Source of the DNA: Clostridia bacterium | GTDB taxonomy: Bacteria; Bacillota; Clostridia; Saccharofermentanales; Saccharofermentanaceae | Direction of reading: 5' to 3' | NCBI GenBank assembly: GCA_016281535.1 | Contig: JAEEIT010000186.1 | Location: forward strand, 3,514 to 67,513 | Length of the DNA stretch: 64,000 nt | Shown: positions 44,975-54,485 of the stretch, one piece after another | Position numbering within the stretch: position 1 is the first letter of the stretch | Layout of the letters: every line of letters starts with the position of its first letter | The notes under the pieces: generated by a model | Database searches by the model: none | Told to the model about the DNA's origin: nothing | Seen by the model: the letters and a program-made list of their open reading frames with translations, nothing else | Made by a program: the position numbers and the translations under genes

Positions 44975-46270
44975 TTATGAAGCGGAGCTTCCCTCTGGGA
45001 GGTCTGCCGGGCGGACCTCCTTTTCTTCTTCCTTCTCGTCCTTGTGGCTGAGTTCCTGGTACTTGCCGATGAGATAATCGACGACCCGCTTCGCACCTTC
45101 GCCCTGGTTAAGCCAGAGTTCCTTACGCAGTGTGCTGCGGGCTTCTGCATATTTGGTATCGCCGATAGTCGTGTCGATCAGGCTCTTGATATCCTCGATA
45201 TTCTCCTCGGAAAGGATGGGGCCCATACTGGGAATATACTCCATTGTCCAAAGCGGTGTCTCGAGCCACCAGGCGTCATATTTCGAAGTGTCGAAATCAC
45301 TCGAGGCGCAGATCACCGGCTTATCGAACAGCATAGAGAACTCATAGATCACGCCGGAGAAATCGGAGATCATAAGATCGGATCTGGCTAATACCGGAAG
45401 ATTGTCGTTGTCACGATTCCACTCTAGCTGGTCGTTCCCGGGGAATTCGTCCATCAGCTTCTCGATCATGTCCACTTCGGACTTAAACGTCTGAGGATGC
45501 GGACGGATGATGATGTGATACCCGGTCTGGAGAAGAAGCTTGATCGCACGTGAACCGAAACGGTTTAAAATGGAGTTCGGACCCCAGGATGGTGCAAGAA
45601 GGATCGTCCTTTCGTGTTTCTCAGGAACAGGAAGCTGCGCGATCCGTTTCATTTTCTCATCCATGTATGGAAGACCAACATATGTCAGTTCTTTAGCAGG
45701 GAGATCGCGAAGCTTCTCCAATGCACGGATATCCTCTTCCTGATGGATCCCATTGAGAAGAACCGCGTCATAGTAGTCCAGGCCGAAAACCTCATAAAGA
45801 GTGATGCTGGCACTTGGTGAGTGAACCGTATGGACGTAGTATTTGACGGATTTTGAACGCTTCCACTGATAAACGTCAAGTCCCGGTGTGGTGGACAGAA
45901 GGATCGTGGCTTTCAGGAAATTGAGCTTGGCGAAAGCGCGGTTTCCTTCACCGATGAACTGAGCGGAAAGGTGCGGGTACGCTTCACACGTCAAAGACGG
46001 ATCATCCTTCGAAGCGGTCATATATACGACGTCAAACTCACGCCTGTCCAGTTCCTTGATAATGGGTTCGAATACGGACCAGTAGCGTTTATCTTCTGCG
46101 AATATGACAAGAGGGATCGAATTCGAATCTGAAGCGGCCGCTTTACCGCCGGTAATCAGGAAACGGAGCTTAACGAAAAGTCCTCTCAGAAAATAGAGGA
46201 CAACGCCTACCAGGCCGATAACAATCGCGAACAGCATACTTCCCGTGCCGGGGTCAATATATAATCTCAT
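44975..46270 (-). CDS. CDP-glycerol glycerophosphotransferase (TagB/TagF) family protein
   Basis: An N-terminal TM, then ILLAPSWGPNS...IIRPHPQT...LARSDLMISDFSGVIYEFSMLFDKPVI, typical of TagF-like enzymes. A K/E-rich tail is present. Confidence 0.75.
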   Translation of the reverse strand: MRLYIDPGTGSMLFAIVIGLVGVVLYFLRGLFVKLRFLITGGKAAASDSNSIPLVIFAEDKRYWSVFEPIIKELDRREFDVVYMTASKDDPSLTCEAYPHLSAQFIGEGNRAFAKLNFLKATILLSTTPGLDVYQWKRSKSVKYYVHTVHSPSASITLYEVFGLDYYDAVLLNGIHQEEDIRALEKLRDLPAKELTYVGLPYMDEKMKRIAQLPVPEKHERTILLAPSWGPNSILNRFGSRAIKLLLQTGYHIIIRPHPQTFKSEVDMIEKLMDEFPGNDQLEWNRDNDNLPVLARSDLMISDFSGVIYEFSMLFDKPVICASSDFDTSKYDAWWLETPLWTMEYIPSMGPILSEENIEDIKSLIDTTIGDTKYAEARSTLRKELWLNQGEGAKRVVDYLIGKYQELSHKDEKEEEKEVRPADLPEGSSAS

Positions 46271-46312
46271 GTTTTCTCATCTCCATTTTCCATTACTGTA
46301 ATCCTGAACATC

Positions 46313-49096
46313 TTATTTCTTTCCTTCGTCTTCCCAGTTAGAGGTATCAAAGATGTTCTGGTGGTGTACGCCGAACCAGATCCCCTCTGAGAATGTGTTT
46401 CCATTGTTTGAACCGGGTCTCCAGTCCAGTGTATACATAACATGAAGTGTCTCTTCATTCTTCGCGTCGCTGTTCACAGGGTTGCCGGTGGCCGGATTGA
46501 CCGGGTTTTCGATCAGACCTTCAAAAGCCAGAGTAGGGGTGTCAGCATTGGTCATAAAGGAATAGTCCACGGTAAATCCTGTACTGTTGAAGTCCTTCAC
46601 CATGAAAAAGGCATTAAAAGCAAGGACGTTCTCACAATTGAAGGGGAACTGCCCCTCGTAGTTATGTCCGAAGACCAGATCGTCGAAGTGATCGATCATG
46701 AATCCGTGGTCGGAAACGATAATGATGCGGGTGTTGTCATACACGCCTTCCCTGCGCATATAGTCGAACCACTTTCCCAGTTCTTTCAGCGCAGCCATAT
46801 TGGACTGATAGTGGGAAAGCTCGTAGTCAGTCGGCATCGCGATCGTTCTGCCGTCTACGGTGAAACGGTCTTCATGTGTGGCATCATATTCGGTATTGTC
46901 GACACTCATCGCAGGCACGTATTCGGGTTCCTGCAGCATCGCGACGTCATGGGCCGTCAGGTTGTTCATCATCAGGAACGTGTTCCCGTTTCCGTCGGAT
47001 ATCTGTGTCGTTTCCGGGAGCTGGTCGAGGAACGTGTAGGCATTCATAAAATCGGAAGGCATACCGATGCTGGTAGTAGCACTGGTCAGGAACTGCGTGT
47101 GATAGATCGAATTGGTGATCCAGTTGGGGTCATAATACTTTCCATAGTCATAGAAGACAGACTGGATACAGAGCGGCATGATCCGGGTCCAGCCATAGCA
47201 GAAGAAGTTTCGGGACCAGATATGCTTCGTATAGTCATGATTCTCCGGGTGATCCCAGTACTGCCCGTACTCGGTAGAGTATGCATGAATATTCGGATGA
47301 TCATCATATATGGACAGATCAGGTGGAGAAGTATAGCCGGCATAAGGCGGGTCGCAGACCGTCACGTCATACCCTTCTTCCGAGAAAAGCACCGGCATGA
47401 GGCGGAGAGCCTCGTTCTGCTTCTCAGAAAGAGAAAGGTCGTCCCTGGCGTTCATAAGCACCGGCTGATACTCATAACCGCCGAAGAGCGGAGGTGTTCC
47501 GATATTGGTCGTCGCGCCGAAGGAGAGTGTGTTCGGATACCATGTAAAACCGTCAAAGAGTGCTTCCAGATTCGGATCTTCCTGCATAAGGTAGGGCACA
47601 TAACAGCTCATGGCGCGGTCCAGCATGATCACGATGACATTATTGCCTTCCTTACTTAACGAGAAGGAGGCCTTCTTTCCTATGCTTCTATCCAGAGCCG
47701 TCTTGATCCTGGGCATGGCCTGAGATATCCGGACTGTGTTGTAAATGCCGAAGCCTCCTGTACTGAGTGCCAGAACGAGGAGGGCGAATGGAAGGATCTT
47801 CGTACGCTTACGCCACACAAGAACGATCAGCGCGATGAGTACGGCGATGGTAAGAAGATCCAGAAGGATCTCGGAAAGCGGGAATGTGAATCCCCCATCG
47901 AAAATGAGGGAGCTTCGGAGAAACGGGAGACGCTTGCCGAAAAGAAGATAGTTGAAAAGTCCGCAGACCGAGAAGATACACATCAGTAGTGCGCTGATCC
48001 GGCGTGCTTTCTCCTTGGAAAGATAGTAGAACAGGCCTCCCCACACGACAAAGAGTCCTAAAGAAAGAGTCAGTGTCAGGAGAATGTAGCGCACAGGGGA
48101 CTGATACTCAGTGAAGATAATGAATTCCGAAGGGGACGAATGAATCACAGAAGAAGGAATGAGTAACCCGATCAGAGCGGAAAGAAAGAGCGCCGAAAAC
48201 AGAAAGATCTTCGTATACGGCAGAGAGACGGCGGAGGTTTCCTCCGTTTTTTCGGATCTTTCTGTGGAAGGCGTGCGTCTTCGCATAACAGGAAGAAGGA
48301 ATATACAGGCGACAAGCAGGATACAGGCACGGTCGCGTAATATTCCATGGAAGAAGACCGTTCCATATATAGCGGTGATGACACTCATAATGGATAGTAC
48401 GACCGTCAGCGCCTGATGCTTATCCCGAGCGCCATATACGACATTCTTCACGAGGGAGAAGATCTGATTGCAGGTCCAGTAGAAGACCAGGCCTGAGGGA
48501 GAACGGTAAAGGAGCACCAGGAAGAAGAGCGCCATGGCGTACATGCGGATCTCGTCTTTTCTGGACAGATTCTTCGAATAGATCTTACTGGAGACAATGT
48601 TGATCAGAGTCATGAGGATCGGCATGATGTTGATCGAGAACCCCGCAATGGTCAGAAGGTGATCCGGTTTGCCCAGATCCTTAAGAAATCCGAAAGAAAC
48701 TCCGGACATCATCTTATAATTCGACAGGAAGTGATACGCGGCAATGAAGAAAGGGATCTCAAGGATAACGGCAAAAGAACTGCGAAGCGTGTAAAGAGGC
48801 GAATAGTGATTCTGCCGGTAGTAGGTCTGGAGAAGCATGAACCGCTTATCCCCGTCAAATGTTTTCTTCAGGTGGGCAATTCCGGGAGCAAGCTTCGCTT
48901 CACGGTCATGTTCCTCTTTCTGGATCTGATCGGCCCGGTTATAAAAAGGCAGCAGAAGGAAATTCATGGCAAGGCTCATCGGGATGATCGAAAGCCCGAT
49001 ATTGCCTAAAATGCCGTAAGCAAGACTATATATGCATTCGAATATCAATTCCAGAGGGGCGATAAACAACTGATATAGAAACTGGACGAATGACAT
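46313..49096 (-). CDS. Fusion protein: YidC/Oxa1-like N-terminal module, polytopic linker, and LtaS/sulfatase-family extracytoplasmic domain
   Basis: Residues about 30-220 follow the YidC pattern (LLLPFYNRADQIQKE...; LLQTYYRQNHYSPL; EIPFFIAAYHFL; LKDLGKPD; PSGLVFYWTCNQIFSLVKN). About 7 further TMs follow. From about residue 485 the sequence reads NVIVIMLDRAMSCY...IIIVSDHGF (alkaline-phosphatase/sulfatase superfamily). Confidence 0.7.
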   Translation of the reverse strand: MSFVQFLYQLFIAPLELIFECIYSLAYGILGNIGLSIIPMSLAMNFLLLPFYNRADQIQKEEHDREAKLAPGIAHLKKTFDGDKRFMLLQTYYRQNHYSPLYTLRSSFAVILEIPFFIAAYHFLSNYKMMSGVSFGFLKDLGKPDHLLTIAGFSINIMPILMTLINIVSSKIYSKNLSRKDEIRMYAMALFFLVLLYRSPSGLVFYWTCNQIFSLVKNVVYGARDKHQALTVVLSIMSVITAIYGTVFFHGILRDRACILLVACIFLLPVMRRRTPSTERSEKTEETSAVSLPYTKIFLFSALFLSALIGLLIPSSVIHSSPSEFIIFTEYQSPVRYILLTLTLSLGLFVVWGGLFYYLSKEKARRISALLMCIFSVCGLFNYLLFGKRLPFLRSSLIFDGGFTFPLSEILLDLLTIAVLIALIVLVWRKRTKILPFALLVLALSTGGFGIYNTVRISQAMPRIKTALDRSIGKKASFSLSKEGNNVIVIMLDRAMSCYVPYLMQEDPNLEALFDGFTWYPNTLSFGATTNIGTPPLFGGYEYQPVLMNARDDLSLSEKQNEALRLMPVLFSEEGYDVTVCDPPYAGYTSPPDLSIYDDHPNIHAYSTEYGQYWDHPENHDYTKHIWSRNFFCYGWTRIMPLCIQSVFYDYGKYYDPNWITNSIYHTQFLTSATTSIGMPSDFMNAYTFLDQLPETTQISDGNGNTFLMMNNLTAHDVAMLQEPEYVPAMSVDNTEYDATHEDRFTVDGRTIAMPTDYELSHYQSNMAALKELGKWFDYMRREGVYDNTRIIIVSDHGFMIDHFDDLVFGHNYEGQFPFNCENVLAFNAFFMVKDFNSTGFTVDYSFMTNADTPTLAFEGLIENPVNPATGNPVNSDAKNEETLHVMYTLDWRPGSNNGNTFSEGIWFGVHHQNIFDTSNWEDEGKK

Positions 49097-49122
49097 AGCT
49101 TCTCAAACTCCTATCTGCAGTA

Positions 49123-51678
49123 TCAGCCTTCAGTGGAAGCCGCATCCGGGTCGGCCGTGGGATCGGGTGTCGGTTCCGGTGTCGGCGTCGGAGAGACGTG
49201 GAACGTGCAGTCGCGGTTCGGTGTCAGATAGCTGTCTTCGATGAAATAGTCGCTGACGGCAGCATCTGCTTCCCGGCAGTACTGGGTGGCCTTATTTCCG
49301 GAAGACGTACACACTTCCATCCGGACGACATTCTCCGGCTTTTCGAACTCCGCTCCCGGGCAATTGGTGTGGATCCGCTGCATGACATAATTCCAGATAA
49401 ACTGCGCATTATTACGGTCGCCCTTCGGGATCTCCGTCGTTCTCAGGCGGTTATCGTATCCGTACCATACTGCAGCGGCATAGTAGGGGGTGTAGCCGCA
49501 GAACCACTTGTCGACATTGTCATCGGTGGTACCGGTCTTACCGGCGACAGCGATGCTCTCACCATCCGCATTGGTGATGTGCTCGACCTTGCCCTCCGCC
49601 GTACCGTAGTCGATAACATCTTCAAGCATGTCGGACATCAGGAAAGAAGTATCTTCACGGTACACGCGGTGGGAAGCGGCAACATGCTCCAGAACGACGT
49701 TTCCGTCGCTGTCCAGAACTTTCGTATACGCATAAGGCTCCGTATATACACCGCCTGTTGCGAAAGTGTTGTACGCTGCTGCCATCTCAAGAGGGGACAT
49801 ACCATAGTTGAATCCGCCAATGGCCGTGGAAGGATACTGCTCGGTAAGACGGTCGATGCCGACCTCGTTCAGGAACCACAGCGCCATCTCCGGCGTGACA
49901 TCGTTCCATACCATGACCGCGATGGTGTTACGGGAAGATGCGATCGCACGTCGGATCGTTATCTGCCCCTTATAGCCGTTATCCGAGTTCTTCGGCCAGA
50001 CCTTGTCAGGGTTCGACGGGTCCAGATGGGATTCTTTGTCGTCGTAGATCATGGAAGGCGTGATCAGACGAAGCTCGAGAGCCGGGCCGTAAGCAATCAG
50101 AGGCTTGATCGATGAGCCGGGCTGACGGTGGGCGTCGACCGCACGGTTCGTACCGAGATTGACCGTTTTCTCTCCGTAGCCGCCCTGCATGCCGGCGATG
50201 GCCCCGGTGGCGACATTGATCACGACCATACCGCCCTGCGGCTTCTCCGGATAGTCCTCGAGGGCTTCCGGATCCGTCTGGAAAAGCGACTGTGTCTTAA
50301 AGGCTTCATCCATGACGGCCTGCACATCTGCTTCCATAGTCGTGTAGATGTGGTAGCCGCGGTTATAGACCGTTGTGGCGGCGAGAGAACGGCTGATATT
50401 TCTCTCTTTCTGGATATCGGAGATCACCTCGGAGACCGCGTACTCGACGAAGTACGAGTTGATCGCGGTGGCGGAAGAAGTGGTCTTCGTCTTAAAGACG
50501 AGTTCGGTATTCAGGGCATTATCGTATTCTTCCTGCGTAATGTTGCCGAGTTCGTACATCTTACTGAGCACGATACGCATACGGCGCATGGCGTTTCTTC
50601 GCCCGGATTCACGAAGCGGATTATAGTAGGACGGGCTCTTCGGTAATCCCGCGAGAAAAGCACACTCGGCCAGGGAGAGTTCTTTCGCATTCTTGCCGAA
50701 ATAGTTCTGTGCGCCGGCCTCGATACCAACGTAGTTATTGCCCATTGGTGCCAAATTGATATAAAGCTGCATGATCTCATCTTTACTGAGCTGCTGCTCC
50801 AGCGTCATGGCCGAGAACCACTCCTGGACCTTACGCTGTGTCGAGCGCTGGTCCTGACCGGTAATGAGCTTAACGGTCTGCTGGGTGATCGTCGAACCGC
50901 CGTGAGAAGCCGTTCCGCCGTTAAAGAGAGCAGAGAGGATGGCACTGCCGATACGCTGGACATCGATACCGGAATGCTCCAGGAAACGCTCGTCCTCGAT
51001 GGCCATGATCGCCTCGTCGATGTAGGTATCTTTGACATCGGTATACGCGACATAGATACGGTCTACATTCTCACTGCCGGTGAGCTTGGCAATGACAGTT
51101 CCGTTACTGTCGTAGACGAAAGAGGTCTCGACGGAATCCGTCATGGAAATATCCGCAATCGAGAGCGGGTGTGTCGTTGAGATATAGCCGATCAGCATAC
51201 CTCCACCGAAGCCTCCGATCAGGAAACCCAGACAGAGCAGGATGACCAGTGCGGTCTTCACGATATCCATAACCGCGTGGAAGACTTCGAGATACCAGTG
51301 CCGGTTGTGCGCGGCGCGGGTCGGTTTGCCGTGCAGACGGGCGCGGAGCTCATCGGCCAGCGCAGAGTTCTCCGGCGGGCAAGGCATGGTCGACCTCTTC
51401 TGGCCGGCCGCCGCGGCGGCACGTGCACGGTCACGGTCATAGACCTGATCCCGGGTATAGCCGGCTGTAGTATTCCGGGCAGGCGTGCGGGCCACAGTCG
51501 CATCCTGCGGGGCAGAGGCCGCCTGTGCGCTTCTCGGTGCATTTCCGGGTTTTCTTTCCGGAGCACCTGAGGCCGGAGCCCCTTTCCGAGAAGACGGACC
51601 GGGGCGGTTCGGGTTGTTTCTATTGTTCGAGCCGGACGGACGGGCAGGGCCCTTACCATTCGGAGTATGTTCAGACAT
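49123..51678 (-). CDS. Class A penicillin-binding protein (PBP1A-type transglycosylase/transpeptidase)
   Basis: GT51 motifs (EDERFLEHSGID; GGSTITQQ). Transpeptidase motifs (SSIKP, SSRN, KTGT). The roughly 130-aa N-terminus before the TM is P/R/A/N-rich. I chose the start MSEHTP at 51678. Confidence 0.88.
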   Translation of the reverse strand: MSEHTPNGKGPARPSGSNNRNNPNRPGPSSRKGAPASGAPERKPGNAPRSAQAASAPQDATVARTPARNTTAGYTRDQVYDRDRARAAAAAGQKRSTMPCPPENSALADELRARLHGKPTRAAHNRHWYLEVFHAVMDIVKTALVILLCLGFLIGGFGGGMLIGYISTTHPLSIADISMTDSVETSFVYDSNGTVIAKLTGSENVDRIYVAYTDVKDTYIDEAIMAIEDERFLEHSGIDVQRIGSAILSALFNGGTASHGGSTITQQTVKLITGQDQRSTQRKVQEWFSAMTLEQQLSKDEIMQLYINLAPMGNNYVGIEAGAQNYFGKNAKELSLAECAFLAGLPKSPSYYNPLRESGRRNAMRRMRIVLSKMYELGNITQEEYDNALNTELVFKTKTTSSATAINSYFVEYAVSEVISDIQKERNISRSLAATTVYNRGYHIYTTMEADVQAVMDEAFKTQSLFQTDPEALEDYPEKPQGGMVVINVATGAIAGMQGGYGEKTVNLGTNRAVDAHRQPGSSIKPLIAYGPALELRLITPSMIYDDKESHLDPSNPDKVWPKNSDNGYKGQITIRRAIASSRNTIAVMVWNDVTPEMALWFLNEVGIDRLTEQYPSTAIGGFNYGMSPLEMAAAYNTFATGGVYTEPYAYTKVLDSDGNVVLEHVAASHRVYREDTSFLMSDMLEDVIDYGTAEGKVEHITNADGESIAVAGKTGTTDDNVDKWFCGYTPYYAAAVWYGYDNRLRTTEIPKGDRNNAQFIWNYVMQRIHTNCPGAEFEKPENVVRMEVCTSSGNKATQYCREADAAVSDYFIEDSYLTPNRDCTFHVSPTPTPEPTPDPTADPDAASTEG

Positions 51679-51812
51679 AGCGTACCTTCTTACAGGTCCT
51701 TTTGTAGGGGATCTCATAAAAATCCACACTAATAATACCAGTATTCCTTATAATTGGAAAGAGAAAGGCAAGTGCGCTATAATGATACATATAGCATCAT
51801 GGGAGTTCGGGA

Positions 51813-53234
51813 ATGGGTATTTTTGATAGTGGCAAAGTCTTAAAAGCGCGCTGTGTGGGCATTTCCAACGAAGGCTACGGGGTGGCGCGGATCGAAGAGG
51901 AGAGCGCCTCTGAAAACGGTATGAAGGTCTTCGTTGAGGATATGCTTCCGGGAGAGAAAGGGCAGGTCCGCCTTACCCGTACGGAGAAGAATGTCACCTA
52001 TGCCGTAAAACTGAAGGCGACCACTTCATCCGAGAACCGCGTGGAGCCGGTATGCCCTGAATTCCTGCGCTGCGGAGGCTGTCAGCTCCAGCATGCGTCA
52101 TACTCCTGCCAGCTCCGCATGAAGGAGAATCTGGTCCGTTCCTGCCTGGTCCGCCTCGGTCACTTTCCCGAACAGGAGATCAAAGACTGCATGGAGCCGA
52201 TCCTCGGCGCCCGGGAGATGTATAATTACCGCAATCAGATGCAGTATCCGGTCGAGTACAGCCGTGAGAAACGCTGTGTCAATATCGGCCTTTATGAGAG
52301 AAATACCCACAAGATCGTCGAGCATGAGAAGTGCTATCTTGCGGATCCGTCCGCCGAGATCGTCCGTGGGGTCGCCGAGATCTTCTTCTCTGATATTTCC
52401 AGGACGGACGAGGCCCGGGCCCTGCGCCAGGTCGTGGTACGTTCCGGCGTCATGTCGAAGGAACTGATGGTCATCTTCGTAATAAGAAAGCAGGTCAGGA
52501 TAGATGGCAGTGCTTTTGCCACGGCATGTGACGAAGCCTTGAAAAAAGCAGGGAACGGGATGCGCATGGTCAGTATCTGGACGGAAGAGCGGCCATCCGG
52601 CATGAAATGGAAGAACAGCAAGGGTGTATGGACGAATATCTGGGGCGAGACGACGATCCGGGAATTCCTCAACAACCGGATCTTCCGCATCTCGCCGGAT
52701 TCTTTCTTCCAGGTCAACACCAAACAGGCGGTAGTCCTCTATGACAAGATCAAGGAGTATTTGAGGCTCGACGGTGTCCTTCCCCGCATGCTTCTGGACC
52801 TGTATTGCGGCACCGGTACGATCGGGATCTATTGCTCGGATGCCTGCCATCATATGTACGGGATCGAGTCGGTGGAATCGGCCGTGATCGATGCGAGAAA
52901 CAATGCACGGACCAACTTTATCGAAGATACCGAGTTCTTCTGCAGTAAAGCAGAGGACTTCGACTTCGGCGCCATGATGCCGGATGCCGTGATCATCGAC
53001 CCGCCGAGGAAGGGGTGCGATGAGATGCTTCTTAAAAAACTCCTCCAGCTCGCTCCATCGCGAATTATCTACGTATCCTGTAATCCCGCGACGTTGTCCC
53101 GTGACCTCGAACGCTTCTTCCATATGCAGGAAGAAGGAAAAATCCGATATGGAATCAAGAAGATCTGCCCGGTGGACATGTTCCCACAGACGACACATGT
53201 CGAATCAGTGGTACTTCTGTCCAGAAAGAAGTGA
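51813..53234 (+). CDS. rlmD: 23S rRNA (uracil-5-)-methyltransferase RlmD/RumA family
   Basis: A TRAM-like N-terminus, an Fe-S motif (CPEFLRCGGCQLQH), a SAM fold (LDLYCGTGTIG), and DPPRKG and VSCNPATL. Confidence 0.85.
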   Translation: MGIFDSGKVLKARCVGISNEGYGVARIEEESASENGMKVFVEDMLPGEKGQVRLTRTEKNVTYAVKLKATTSSENRVEPVCPEFLRCGGCQLQHASYSCQLRMKENLVRSCLVRLGHFPEQEIKDCMEPILGAREMYNYRNQMQYPVEYSREKRCVNIGLYERNTHKIVEHEKCYLADPSAEIVRGVAEIFFSDISRTDEARALRQVVVRSGVMSKELMVIFVIRKQVRIDGSAFATACDEALKKAGNGMRMVSIWTEERPSGMKWKNSKGVWTNIWGETTIREFLNNRIFRISPDSFFQVNTKQAVVLYDKIKEYLRLDGVLPRMLLDLYCGTGTIGIYCSDACHHMYGIESVESAVIDARNNARTNFIEDTEFFCSKAEDFDFGAMMPDAVIIDPPRKGCDEMLLKKLLQLAPSRIIYVSCNPATLSRDLERFFHMQEEGKIRYGIKKICPVDMFPQTTHVESVVLLSRKK

Positions 53235-53348
53235 GTAAACCGCATTCTGTACCAAAATTCGGACAGATGGGATGTTATCATTTGGATGTAGCGAGAAGTA
53301 ATTGTACGTATACTGATAAGTATAGAATTCATGCGGGAGGTAGTACTC

Positions 53349-54485
53349 ATGAGATTTCTTCACACATCCGACTGGCATCTCGGGGCTTCGGAGAATAATC
53401 TAAGTCTTTGGGAGGATCAGAAGTTCTTTATCGATGAGATCTGCAGGATAATCCAATCAGAGAAAATCGATGCTCTTCTGATTGCGGGAGATGTCTACGA
53501 CAGATCGGTCGTTTCGGCGGAGGCTTTGAACCTGTACGATTATGCCATATCAAAAATCTGTGTCGATATGGGAGTCCGTGTCTTTGAAATCGCGGGAAAC
53601 CATGACAGTGCTGAGAGGCTCTCCAACCTTAGTAGACTTCATGAGAACTCAGGACTGTATGTTGCCGGTGCGATAGAACGAGAACCTTCCGTGTATGAGC
53701 AGGACGATGTGCAGATATTCCTGTTGCCCTGGTTTACCAAGGAGAAGGTGAAGACCATCTTCCCGGAGAAAGCCGAGGGGATAAAGACTCTCGAAGATGC
53801 ATACAGAGTAGTAACTTCCGAACTGAAGGATCACTTTACGGATGGTAAGAAGCACATCGTGCTGTCACATGCGTTCATAACCGATTCGGAGACTTCCACT
53901 AGTGACAGGGCGGCAGAAATAGGAACTGCGACTCAGGTGGGTGCATCCGTTTTTGACGGTTTCGACTACGTGGCCTTGGGACATATCCATAAACCTCAGA
54001 ACGTGTCTGATCGTATCAGATACTGCGGTACTCCGATGCCTTATTCGTTTGGAAAGGAAGAGAGCCAGGACAAGGGAGTGACTATTGTTGATACGGATAG
54101 TATGGATATCAAGCATGTTTCACTACCGTATCTTCATACGAGAAGAACTTTTGAGGGAACGCTGGAAGAGATAAAGAATCCCGTTTGCACCGCAGAAGAG
54201 CGTGACGGCTATGTAAGGCTGATTATTACCGACTGTTATGTCGGATCTTCTATCATTCATGAACTTCGAAACATCTATCCGAATCTGCTGGAAGTATCGG
54301 GAAAGAGTTATGAGGGAGAAGATACAACGATATCACTGACGATGGAAGAATTCGAGAAGATGGAGAACGACCCGATAGAGATATTCAGACATTTCTGTCT
54401 TGACCAGATGGCAGAAGATCCGGATGATCACAAGGTTGAACTGTTCAGGGAAGCAGTAGCCAAAGTCGAGGAGGAGAACTCATGA
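53349..54485 (+). CDS. sbcD: Exonuclease SbcCD, nuclease subunit D
   Basis: Mre11-type phosphoesterase motifs: MRFLHTSDWHLG, AGDVYD, AGNHD and LGHIH. GGGAGG precedes ATG 53349. Confidence 0.9.
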   Translation: MRFLHTSDWHLGASENNLSLWEDQKFFIDEICRIIQSEKIDALLIAGDVYDRSVVSAEALNLYDYAISKICVDMGVRVFEIAGNHDSAERLSNLSRLHENSGLYVAGAIEREPSVYEQDDVQIFLLPWFTKEKVKTIFPEKAEGIKTLEDAYRVVTSELKDHFTDGKKHIVLSHAFITDSETSTSDRAAEIGTATQVGASVFDGFDYVALGHIHKPQNVSDRIRYCGTPMPYSFGKEESQDKGVTIVDTDSMDIKHVSLPYLHTRRTFEGTLEEIKNPVCTAEERDGYVRLIITDCYVGSSIIHELRNIYPNLLEVSGKSYEGEDTTISLTMEEFEKMENDPIEIFRHFCLDQMAEDPDDHKVELFREAVAKVEEENS

